Shown here one piece after another: positions 48,704 to 57,199 of a stretch of DNA of 58,117 nt; position 1 is the stretch's first letter, and each line of letters begins with the position of its first letter. Position numbers and translations under genes: made by a program. Source of the stretch: a virus (taxonomy: Duplodnaviria; Caudoviricetes); IMG/VR virus record IMGVR_UViG_3300027007_000030, positions 1 through 58,117 of that record; one strand, 5' to 3'. The notes beneath the pieces are model-generated. The model searched no databases and was not told the DNA's origin. It saw only the letters and a list, made by a program, of their open reading frames with translations.

Positions 48704-48799
48704 AGTATTGAAATCGACGTACAGAGGCCGTCTCGAAGCCGTTCCTGTCCGATTTCGGTAACACCTATACTTGTCCACTGTCTAAAGTATAATGCAACA

Positions 48800-49582
48800 A
48801 TGGCGGATGAAAAGCAAATGCGTCTCGACGGCACTGTCGACGAGAACGCAGAAACAGACGGTGGAGACGACGACGATGATGGGCTCGACGACTTTGGAAA
48901 CGAGCTCGGAAAGTACGACACGAAGGGTGGTCAGGACATGTACATCATGGGGTCCGTCCTTCAGAAAGCTGTTCGCCGGTCGAACGAGGAACAGGCGGCC
49001 TGGGCCGCGTGGGAGTTGGTCCGGTCAGGATACAGCTGGTGGTTCTGGCAACGAATGAAGATGATCGTGATCGAGGAGGCTGTCTCAGAGGACCAGACGA
49101 TCGTGCTCGTCGACCACCTGTTCGACTGGATAAAATCGAGCAAGTATTCGATGGAGTCGTGGGAGGGGACGATCACCGCGATTCGAGCGGCGCTGGCGGC
49201 GGCACGGATGCCCAAGTCACGAGAGTACGCTGGGGCCGACGCCTGGTTCACGGCCATCGCGAACGAACAGTCGGCCGCCCACGAAGAAGGGCGCGAGCCC
49301 GAGTTCGAATGGCCGGACATCCCAGACGAAGCCTACGACAAACACACGATGGCTGGCCGCAAGCAGGGGCGCGGGTTCAAACACTTCATGGTCCATTCAG
49401 GTCGACTGGCCGGTAACACAGACATCGGCCGCGAGTGGAAACGAAAGGCGCTCGAGAACGCGGAAGTAGCGTGGCCCTGGGACGACTCAGGCACCCACGA
49501 CCTGACTGACGAGGAGATCGACCTGGCCGTGTCGGACGTCGAACCCTGCGAGCACGACGAACGCTACCACGACCAGGACTGA
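48800..49582 (+). CDS. MgsA/RarA C-terminal-like helical protein lacking the ATPase domain
   Basis: SVLQKAVRRS...W.R......EE...IPDEAYDKHT.AGRK.GRG..HF. Confidence 0.65.
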   Translation: MADEKQMRLDGTVDENAETDGGDDDDDGLDDFGNELGKYDTKGGQDMYIMGSVLQKAVRRSNEEQAAWAAWELVRSGYSWWFWQRMKMIVIEEAVSEDQTIVLVDHLFDWIKSSKYSMESWEGTITAIRAALAAARMPKSREYAGADAWFTAIANEQSAAHEEGREPEFEWPDIPDEAYDKHTMAGRKQGRGFKHFMVHSGRLAGNTDIGREWKRKALENAEVAWPWDDSGTHDLTDEEIDLAVSDVEPCEHDERYHDQD

Positions 49583-49591
49583 TCGACCGTC

Positions 49592-50578
49592 ATGGATGCA
49601 GTAGTCGTCGGCGCAGATGCACTCGATTCCCGTGCAGTCCAGGCGTACCTCCCGTCGCAGCTCCTCTCACGCACCCGTACCGAACGAGACGCGGGGAGAC
49701 TTCGCATCGACGCTGTCGACTCGTACAAGAGCGCGAATCTCGACTACCCCTGGACAGGACAGGCGTGGACGTCGATCTACACTGGTGCCGGCAAGAAGTA
49801 CCACGGCGTAACGAAACAGGGCTTCATGCTCGGTGACGTCAACTTCGCGACCGATGTCCCGGATACGATCTTCGACGACATCAGCCACGCGGGACTCACA
49901 CTCGGGTCGTTCAGGATGCCGATCACCTACCCCGCTCGTCCCGTGAATGGGTGGATGGTCTCGGGATTCCCGACACCGACAGACGTGACCGACAACGAAG
50001 TGTGGGGGCTCGACGTAGACTCACTCCCTGACGGATACGAACGGGTCAAAGAGCGATTGATCAAGCAGCGGAAGAACGACACACCGCTGGAACTCGTCCG
50101 GCGAGAGCGAGAGCGGGTGAAGCTCGTCGACGAGCTCCTGGTCGAGCAGGGTGAGCCCGACGTCCTGTTCTACGGTACCCAACTCCCGGACAAGATGGCC
50201 CATCTGTATCACCAGCGCCACGCAGACGAGGCGGCGTCCCTCTTTGACTGGCGGATGATCAAGATGGCGTACACGGCCGTCGACGAATCGATCGCGCACT
50301 TCCTCGACGAGTACGACCCCGAGTACCTCTTGCTGGTCAGCGACCACGGGTTCCTGGAGGACGACGACCACCACTCGATGCACGCGACGGCCATGGAATA
50401 TCATCGGGATGGGGCTGACACGGATGCGATGGGCTCGATCCTCGACATCCGTGACCGCCTATGTGGTGCCCTCAATATCGACCGACGGCGAGAGGTGTTT
50501 GGTGGAAGCGAGCGCGATCTCACAGAGGGTGAGCGCGATCAGATCACCGACCACCTGGAAGATCTCGGCTACTTCTGA
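49592..50578 (+). CDS. Alkaline phosphatase-superfamily (nucleotide pyrophosphatase/phosphodiesterase-like) protein
   Basis: VVGADAL, WTGQAWTSIYTG..HG, PDKMAH, LLVSDHGF, HLEDLGY. Confidence 0.85.
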   Translation: MDAVVVGADALDSRAVQAYLPSQLLSRTRTERDAGRLRIDAVDSYKSANLDYPWTGQAWTSIYTGAGKKYHGVTKQGFMLGDVNFATDVPDTIFDDISHAGLTLGSFRMPITYPARPVNGWMVSGFPTPTDVTDNEVWGLDVDSLPDGYERVKERLIKQRKNDTPLELVRRERERVKLVDELLVEQGEPDVLFYGTQLPDKMAHLYHQRHADEAASLFDWRMIKMAYTAVDESIAHFLDEYDPEYLLLVSDHGFLEDDDHHSMHATAMEYHRDGADTDAMGSILDIRDRLCGALNIDRRREVFGGSERDLTEGERDQITDHLEDLGYF

Positions 50579-50593
50579 CCGGTCCAAAACCCC

Positions 50594-50630
50594 TGTACGT
50601 ACATATGTGCACGCCCATATGTACGTGCAG
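50594..50630 (+). repeat. 37-bp imperfect palindrome, copy 3
   Basis: Identical to 16065-16101. Confidence 0.9.
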
Positions 50631-50726
50631 TACAACCTGACATGTTTTGCCCGTGCGTTTATACTATCAGAACCTGAATAGGTAGGTGAGTGACAGCCGC
50701 GTCTGTGCGCGGTTCGCACCTGATAG

Positions 50727-51134
50727 ATGCCAGAGAGACCGCCCAACTATCCGTTCGTCGATGACGAGATTCTGTACACGAGCCTACTCCCTGATGAGTT
50801 CGACCCGACAAGCGACTCGTACTTCGCCCTGGGCCGGATGACTGAGCCGATCGAGCGGGACATGAACGGGAAGATTCACACGAACGACTACCGCCTCGTC
50901 TTCGCGACACCAGCGAAAGGCGTTGTCTCGTTCGAGATCAACGACCGCGACGCCGAATCGCTGTTTTGCCTGCTGACGACGCTGTTCGACGACGCGAATC
51001 GATCGATCAGCCTCGACTGGGCGAACCTCGTGACGGGGACGAGCTCGACAGTCTGGGCCGGACTCTCCGCCCTCGACGTGACGAGTAGCGTGGACACGAG
51101 TGAGAAAGAATCGGACGAGGTAGACACCACATGA
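50727..51134 (+). CDS. Hypothetical protein
   Basis: Acidic ORF downstream of a TTTATA promoter-like sequence near 50658. Confidence 0.55.
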   Translation: MPERPPNYPFVDDEILYTSLLPDEFDPTSDSYFALGRMTEPIERDMNGKIHTNDYRLVFATPAKGVVSFEINDRDAESLFCLLTTLFDDANRSISLDWANLVTGTSSTVWAGLSALDVTSSVDTSEKESDEVDTT

Positions 51135-51694
51135 AGACACTGAAAGCAGCACAACGACACGACGACGGCGAACCGACCGGGATCTGGGACTACGTCTCGA
51201 TCCGGAAGCGTCGCGGCCGACCGATCGGCTACTGTGCCGGGGTGCCCGCGACCACGAAAGAAGAAGTAGAGGAGCGATTCGGTCCGAACGCCCCCGACGA
51301 CTGGGATGACGAAGAAGGTGTCTGGGCGCGCGACTTCCTCGACATGATCGACCGGAACAGGGAAAAAGTAGAGCAGTTCGGCCACAAGTATCACGACGAC
51401 GGCCACGACTCGAAAGAGGCGGCCGAGGAGTGCTACGGCCAATACCTGTGGGACCAGCGCACGACGCTCCACGACCCAGAGGAGGCACACGCGACCAGTC
51501 TCGACGACGTCAAAGGGACGAAGCAAACGTTCGAGTGTCAGGCCGACGAGTGTGAGGAGGTGCTGCTCGCCCCGACAGTGACGATGAACATCTACCTCGG
51601 TGCGGAGTTCTACTACTGTCCTGATCACCACGACGAGGACCGTATCAAAGAGCGGGTCATGTCATATGCTCGTGGGACCAGCTGGCAATCGTAG
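51131..51694 (+). CDS. Hypothetical protein with C-terminal Cys/His cluster
   Basis: ATGA-coupled; C....C...CPDH. Confidence 0.6.
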   Translation: MKTLKAAQRHDDGEPTGIWDYVSIRKRRGRPIGYCAGVPATTKEEVEERFGPNAPDDWDDEEGVWARDFLDMIDRNREKVEQFGHKYHDDGHDSKEAAEECYGQYLWDQRTTLHDPEEAHATSLDDVKGTKQTFECQADECEEVLLAPTVTMNIYLGAEFYYCPDHHDEDRIKERVMSYARGTSWQS

Positions 51695-51709
51695 TAGTAG
51701 TAGTAGTAG
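51692..51709 (+). repeat. (TAG)6 microsatellite starting at the stop codon
   Basis: TAGTAGTAGTAGTAGTAG read directly. Confidence 0.85.
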
Positions 51710-51927
51710 CACCCATGCAAGCTACCTGGACTTCTCAAAGTCTTATTCTAACGAACCCCATTTTACATTACTAAGGGCCTGAAATAAAGTCCTAAGTGAA
51801 CTCATGGGGCTATACGTAGACATACAGACCGACCATCCCCACTTGAGCACTCGTGGATACGCGTGAGATAAAAAAAACGTTGCGATATACTTAAGTTCTG
51901 ATATTGCGTCTTTTCTGATAGATAGAC

Positions 51928-52398
51928 GTGGCGAACAAGCTCGATATCTGGGTGGACGACCGGGAACCGCCGAGGGTCAAGGACATGGCCCCGACGGTGT
52001 TCGGAGAGGAGAAGACGACGGTAAAGCGGATGAAGGCCGGAGACTTCGTGGCCGCCGGTGCGAACGCGGCCGCCGAGCGCAAAGAGGTCTCTGACTTTCT
52101 CGGGTCCATCGGTGACAATCGTATCTGGAAGCAGACCGAAGGGATGAGTAAACAGTATGACCACAACTGTGTCGTCGTCGAGGGGTCCCATATCGAGACC
52201 TTCGTGGCCGACATCTACGGCGGCCATGCGGCGTCTATCCGGAAAGTCATCGGCGTCGTCGCCTGGCTCAACCACCAGGACGGATGGTCGGCGATGTGGT
52301 TCCCGCAGGACGGAGACGAGGGGACACGTCTCCTACTTGAGTACCTATCGTGCTGGTTCCGACAGGCGCAAAAGAAGAACCAGAATGATACGACCTAA
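51928..52398 (+). CDS. ERCC4/XPF-family nuclease
   Basis: VDDREP, GDF, ERKEVSDFLGSI...R...Q, VVVEG. Confidence 0.85.
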   Translation: MANKLDIWVDDREPPRVKDMAPTVFGEEKTTVKRMKAGDFVAAGANAAAERKEVSDFLGSIGDNRIWKQTEGMSKQYDHNCVVVEGSHIETFVADIYGGHAASIRKVIGVVAWLNHQDGWSAMWFPQDGDEGTRLLLEYLSCWFRQAQKKNQNDTT

Positions 52399-52493
52399 CC
52401 GCTATAGGTAGGCCCTTCGAGTTGCGACCTATCAGAAACACTTATACTATCACCACGTCTATCTATTAGTTACCCTATCAGAGGGTTGATAGA

Positions 52494-52751
52494 ATGAAAC
52501 AGGAGGAAACGGAGTTTGAACTGGAGGCGGCGTTGACGTACAACGATCCTGTCGGCGGCGCACGTGTTCGCGCCCAGGGAATCAACTGTACGCTCGCCGC
52601 GACGATGTTCGAGCTCGTCGACGCGAAGGGTCCACTCAGCATCACGAAGGACGTCCCACGATACGACCTGGAGGCGTTGTTCGACGTTGAGTTGGACAAG
52701 TCGTACCGCGTGGAAATCACTGTCTCCCCGGTCGAGGGTGCGGAACGATGA
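52494..52751 (+). CDS. Hypothetical protein
   Basis: Promoter-like GAAACACTTATA at 52435; acidic ORF. Confidence 0.55.
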   Translation: MKQEETEFELEAALTYNDPVGGARVRAQGINCTLAATMFELVDAKGPLSITKDVPRYDLEALFDVELDKSYRVEITVSPVEGAER

Positions 52752-52945
52752 ACAGTTCTGACGTCGGTGAGATCCACGACATCGTCCGTCGAAAGGGGCC
52801 GCTCACCTACCACGAGCTGATGGCGAAGGCGCCACCGTACGCTCCCGACGAGGTATTCGAGGCGCTGGAGGAACTCGAAGCAGACGGGAAGGTGCGCCGA
52901 CGAGAGGACCGTGCGTGGGTCGCCGTGGATGGAGAGTGGGCATGA
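52748..52945 (+). CDS. Small winged-helix-like protein
   Basis: GPLTYHEL...EVFEALEELEADGKV...W. Confidence 0.55.
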   Translation: MNSSDVGEIHDIVRRKGPLTYHELMAKAPPYAPDEVFEALEELEADGKVRRREDRAWVAVDGEWA

Positions 52946-53592
52946 CGCGCGGACAGAAGACCAGCTACACGGGTAAGGACACGTCAGTCTCGATCACGCA
53001 GACACAGGCCGCTGACCAGTCCCAGCTCACGATCACGAACGACCGCCTTCGCGGCGAGTGGTCGCCCCGGGCGATCGTCGAGCGACGCTACAAGAAGATG
53101 AAAGGCCGTGGTGCCACGACGGCGTTCCTTCCCATCAGCCCGCGTAGTGCGCTTCGTGGGATATCGGAGGAGTACGGAGAGGCGTTCATCATCGGCTACG
53201 CGCTGGTCAGGCCGAAAGTCAAAACGCGTACAACCCGTGACGACAAGGACGCTGTTTTCGAGCAGTTCGAGGACAAGGACGAAGCGTACGTCTGGAAGAA
53301 GCGCCGGCCGACGTACATCCCGAAGGACCGCCTCACGACCCGGTTCATCATCGAGGGCTACGGCTACAACTGGAACCAACCGACCGACTCGAAGTGGGGC
53401 GGGATGTTCTACGTCCTCGATGCCAACAGTATGCTCTCGGCAAGAGATGGGTTCCGCGTCGTCGCTGTCGCCGAAGTGCCACCAGGAACGGAGTTTGCGT
53501 ACCCGTTCAAGAGCTCTGCTCGACTGAAGGAACGGCTCGAAGACGACGCTGTCGACTACACGTTCGACCCCGACTTCGAGAGGGTCGCATGA
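52942..53592 (+). CDS. Hypothetical protein
   Basis: ATGA-coupled at both ends. Confidence 0.55.
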   Translation: MTRGQKTSYTGKDTSVSITQTQAADQSQLTITNDRLRGEWSPRAIVERRYKKMKGRGATTAFLPISPRSALRGISEEYGEAFIIGYALVRPKVKTRTTRDDKDAVFEQFEDKDEAYVWKKRRPTYIPKDRLTTRFIIEGYGYNWNQPTDSKWGGMFYVLDANSMLSARDGFRVVAVAEVPPGTEFAYPFKSSARLKERLEDDAVDYTFDPDFERVA

Positions 53593-54101
53593 GTCAGACA
53601 GACTACGTGGAGATCACGAAAGACGCGTTCGATGAGTTCATCGAGACCCTCCCACTCAAGTTCGAAGAACGCGATTGGAACTGGACGCAGGAGGCCGTCT
53701 ACGACTGCGAAGCGAAGTACATCCACAACGTGTACGTGTTCCGCATCTGGTCGAGCGTCGACGTGAGAGACGGGTACGGACGTAAGAAGGGCGAGGATGC
53801 CATCCGCGTCCAGGCGCTCGTGAAAGAGGACCACAAGGGCCCTGGCCAGTGGAAACCAGCCGTCCATCACAGTCAACTTCCCGACGACGTCGGGTCGCAC
53901 ATCAAGCGAACGAAGGGCTGGCGCGACCGAGTGAAGCGCCACCTCGTCGCGATGGAGGCGTTCCTCGGCGGTGAGCTGAACAAGACCTGTATCTGGTGCG
54001 ACCGCCCGATGGTCGTCAGAGAGCGCAAGTCCGACGGTAAGGAGTTCTGGGGTTGTTCAGGGTTCCCCGACTGTCGACACAGCGAAGACCTGGAGGAGTA
54101 G
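53589..54101 (+). CDS. Protein with C-terminal topoisomerase-type C4 zinc finger
   Basis: CIWCDRPMVVR....GKEFWGCSGFPDCR. Confidence 0.7.
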   Translation: MSQTDYVEITKDAFDEFIETLPLKFEERDWNWTQEAVYDCEAKYIHNVYVFRIWSSVDVRDGYGRKKGEDAIRVQALVKEDHKGPGQWKPAVHHSQLPDDVGSHIKRTKGWRDRVKRHLVAMEAFLGGELNKTCIWCDRPMVVRERKSDGKEFWGCSGFPDCRHSEDLEE

Positions 54102-54103
54102 CC

Positions 54104-54328
54104 ATGACAGAAGAAGCACGAAGACAGATGAGAGCAGATGAAGTAGAGAACCACGACGCGTACGTCGCGATGGGAGAAGTGAGTCACGACCCGATCTTCG
54201 ACGTTGACGCAGTCCTGGAAGCCAAAGAAGTGCTGGAGAGCGGAGAGACTGACTGGGAGTACCTCGGCGGAGAGGAGCGACACGGAACTGTTGTCCAGGC
54301 ACTCCAACTGCTCGAACAGGTGGTCTGA
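54104..54328 (+). CDS. Hypothetical protein
   Basis: GGAGGAG SD; acidic. Confidence 0.5.
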   Translation: MTEEARRQMRADEVENHDAYVAMGEVSHDPIFDVDAVLEAKEVLESGETDWEYLGGEERHGTVVQALQLLEQVV

Positions 54329-54660
54329 TGCCCGGGCCGATCAGCTTCAGTCACCCACTCGCCTGGGACTTCCTGTACACACACGGCTACGTCGCAACGT
54401 TCCGAAAACGACGTCGTACGTCTGGTACGTGTGACACGTGGTGTAACCGGGGTCGCGGCGAGGAGAAGGAGTTCGACGTCCACGTCCAGGAGGTCGGCGA
54501 GGTCGACTTCGACAATGGCGGCACCAAGATGCTTCGACACTTCTCGTCGATCAGCGGGATGGAGACGAGTTCCTGTTGGCGACGGGCCATCGAGGAAGTA
54601 AACGGGGAGCTCCCCGAGAGCGGGTGGCTCTACGTCGTCACGAAGGCGACGGAGGAATAG
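54328..54660 (+). CDS. Hypothetical protein (possibly ASCH/PUA-like)
   Basis: ISFS...G.VATFR...SG.....W...WLYVV pattern. Confidence 0.45.
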   Translation: MPGPISFSHPLAWDFLYTHGYVATFRKRRRTSGTCDTWCNRGRGEEKEFDVHVQEVGEVDFDNGGTKMLRHFSSISGMETSSCWRRAIEEVNGELPESGWLYVVTKATEE

Positions 54661-54885
54661 ATGGACGTTCGACCGTGCCCCTGCTACAAGTGCGCTGGTC
54701 CCATCTACGACTACGACAGTAACGGCAATCGCATCATCGTGAACAACGTTCACGGCCGCCTCCAACCCTGCGACACCTGCGGGCAACCGAAGACAGAGTA
54801 CGTCGATCTTGGTCGCAAGGGCTACTACGAGTGCTGGTGGTGTACACGCCGGGCTGGACCAGACGATGCGAGGGCGTTCCCATGA
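54661..54885 (+). CDS. Cys-rich zinc-finger microprotein
   Basis: CYKC, CDTC, CWWC. Confidence 0.55.
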   Translation: MDVRPCPCYKCAGPIYDYDSNGNRIIVNNVHGRLQPCDTCGQPKTEYVDLGRKGYYECWWCTRRAGPDDARAFP

Positions 54886-55424
54886 CTGACGCTGCTGGTG
54901 GCATCCAGTTCGACTTCGCGGAGGTCGTCCCTCGTGATCGGGATGTGTACACGGCGACCGACCACCTGATGAAGCGCGTTCGAATGTCCGGCCGGTTCAT
55001 CACGGAGGAACTCGTCCGCGACCTGATCGCGACCGGCGAGATCAAGGGCAACCGGCCCGGGAAAGGCGGGTGGGTGTTCGAAAAGCAGTACGACGGCGTC
55101 CTGTTCAAGTTGATCTGCGACATCGGCGCGGACCTTGAACCTCGCATCGTCACCGGCGTCTCCGAGATCGTCGACCGAGATGCGGCGCTGGACTCCGACC
55201 GCTGGTCAGAATCGACTGTCCATCAAGTGGAGCTACGGACGGCACTGAGCCGCGATACACACGAGGTGCCCCAGGAGAAGATGCTTACTCTCGAGTGCCT
55301 CACTCCGATAGCGGTGAAAGGCCATCAGGTGATCACCGACGCCGAGTGGGGCCACGTCCGCTGCATCGACTGTGGCCTGGAGACCAGATCGAAAGCCGAG
55401 CTCTCGACGACGGCCTGCAACTGA
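54882..55424 (+). CDS. Hypothetical protein with C-terminal zinc motif
   Basis: TDHLMKRVR.....IT (DUF4258-like start); H...CIDCG...C. Confidence 0.55.
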   Translation: MTDAAGGIQFDFAEVVPRDRDVYTATDHLMKRVRMSGRFITEELVRDLIATGEIKGNRPGKGGWVFEKQYDGVLFKLICDIGADLEPRIVTGVSEIVDRDAALDSDRWSESTVHQVELRTALSRDTHEVPQEKMLTLECLTPIAVKGHQVITDAEWGHVRCIDCGLETRSKAELSTTACN

Positions 55425-55432
55425 TCCCACTG

Positions 55433-56134
55433 ATGAATCGAGAACTTTATACGCCGAGTGGCAACGCCGATGACTGTTCATGCCCGATCCATCGCGATGG
55501 ACAGGCCCCGACCGTCCCACTGGGGATCGAGTTTCATCGTCGAGTGACGATCAGTGAAATCGACAGGGAGACAGCACTCGCGATCTACGAGGCACACCAC
55601 TCGTACTGCAAGACGGTCGCGAAGACGAACATCGTCCACCACGGAATCGAGTTTGACGGCCAGGTAGTCGGCGCCGTCACCTGGCGACAGCCCCTGCTGA
55701 ACGAGCTCCGACTGTGGGTCACTCCCGGTGGCGGCCTCACCCGCGACCCCGACCGGGGCGTAGACTCGTTCAAAGTCTCGGGCGGCGCTGTCGCCGAAGC
55801 CAACCGCATCTGTCTCGGTGTCCCGACGAAGAACCTCGCCTCGTGTGGCTTCGCCCGGTCGATGAACCGCTTCGTCGACGACCACGCATCCCGCCTCGAT
55901 CTCGACTGGTTACTCACGTTCATCCGGGTCGACCACGTTGGGTCGATGCTCCGTGCACTCCTCGACAAAGGGTGGGAGCTCGTTGGTATCAGCGAACCGA
56001 AAGAACCCGGTAACCGGCCGACTGAGGAAATCCATTCATGGGCGAAACAGCGGTGGTTGTGCCCGCTCACGGACTACATGACCCACTTCCCTACCCAACA
56101 AGCACCTCTCGCACGGGTTCACGGGGGTCTATAA
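55433..56134 (+). CDS. Mom-like (GNAT-fold) DNA modification protein
   Basis: A..IYEAHHSY...G.VVGAVTW.QP...EANRICL....KNLAS...LLTF....H.GS..RA...GW layout matches Mu Mom-family proteins. Confidence 0.65.
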   Translation: MNRELYTPSGNADDCSCPIHRDGQAPTVPLGIEFHRRVTISEIDRETALAIYEAHHSYCKTVAKTNIVHHGIEFDGQVVGAVTWRQPLLNELRLWVTPGGGLTRDPDRGVDSFKVSGGAVAEANRICLGVPTKNLASCGFARSMNRFVDDHASRLDLDWLLTFIRVDHVGSMLRALLDKGWELVGISEPKEPGNRPTEEIHSWAKQRWLCPLTDYMTHFPTQQAPLARVHGGL

Positions 56135-56186
56135 GCCTCCTATCGCCCATATTCAGGGGTTTCAGACCCCCATTTTCGGGCGACCC

Positions 56187-56247
56187 CCGGCGACCCCCTT
56201 TCCAGACCCTAACCCTACCCTATACAGTGTGGAAACGGTCCTCCGAG
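56187..56247 (+). repeat. ~60-bp intergenic repeat family, copy D
   Basis: CCGGCGACCCCCTTTCCAGACCCTAACCCTACCC...GGAAACGGTCCTCCGAG. Confidence 0.7.
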
Positions 56248-56350
56248 AGTTTCTGATCCCTGATAACCACGCACTGGATGCCACCAGCAGCGTCTATCAC
56301 GTTTATGTACAGAAAGTGGTATATACTCCAGATGCGATATATCAGACAAG

Positions 56351-57199
56351 ATGGGCGTCGCCTACGATGTGTCGGACCGAGGGAGGATTCAACCGCCGAT
56401 GGAGCTGATTCGGAAGACAGACGCGTACTTCACCGACAAAGGCGAGGGACTGCGCGTTTACGAGCACCCCGAGACCGGTCAGGAGCTATTCTCCGTCACG
56501 TCGGTCCAGACCGTCATGAACGGCGAGGCGCAAGCCCTCAAGATATGGCGACGCCGCGATCCGGAGTGGGCCGACTACTGGACCCGCTACACACAGATTC
56601 GTGGCTCAATCATCCACGAACAGATCCTCGGCAAGTACGCCGACCGCCCGATGCCCGGCTACGACCTCCCGTCCGAGATCGACCGGGAGGCCATCATCGA
56701 AGACGACGACCCCAAAGGGGAGAACCACATGATCGACGAGAAAGACTTCGTGAAGATAGAGGCGGACCTCGAACGGGCGAAGAACATGTGGGCGAAGATC
56801 TGGAGCGCGGAAGGATATTCGTTCGGCGATGTCCAGGGTGTCGAGGTGAAGGTGTGGCGGCCGGACTACGGCTACGCCGGGACGTTCGACCTGTTGATGC
56901 GCCTGGACGGGAAGCTCACCCTGTGCGATCTCAAAACGTCGAAGGCGTACCGAGACAAATACGCCGAGCAGCTCGCCGCCTACTGGGACGCGGCCGAGGA
57001 GATGTACGACATCACCATCAAGCAAGCGTGTGTGATCCGCCTCTGTCCCGACCAACGACACAACCCCTTTCTCAAACCCGAGCTCCACTTCGTCCCTGAC
57101 GAGCGACCGGAGTGGAGAGCAAAGTGTACCGACTTCCAGGAGAACTACCTTCCGTACCTCGACACCTCGGGTGATCCGGAACCTGACACGATCCAGTAA
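56351..57199 (+). CDS. PD-(D/E)xK exonuclease (Cas4/RecB-like)
   Basis: SVTSV, RGSIIH, E...YAGTFDL...CDLKTS...QLAAY. Confidence 0.85.
   Translation: MGVAYDVSDRGRIQPPMELIRKTDAYFTDKGEGLRVYEHPETGQELFSVTSVQTVMNGEAQALKIWRRRDPEWADYWTRYTQIRGSIIHEQILGKYADRPMPGYDLPSEIDREAIIEDDDPKGENHMIDEKDFVKIEADLERAKNMWAKIWSAEGYSFGDVQGVEVKVWRPDYGYAGTFDLLMRLDGKLTLCDLKTSKAYRDKYAEQLAAYWDAAEEMYDITIKQACVIRLCPDQRHNPFLKPELHFVPDERPEWRAKCTDFQENYLPYLDTSGDPEPDTIQ

Noticed and set aside
56351-57199. Cas4 as evidence of a CRISPR-Cas locus
   Set aside because: It is a PD-(D/E)xK nuclease without the Cas4 four-Cys cluster, and no other cas genes or array are present.
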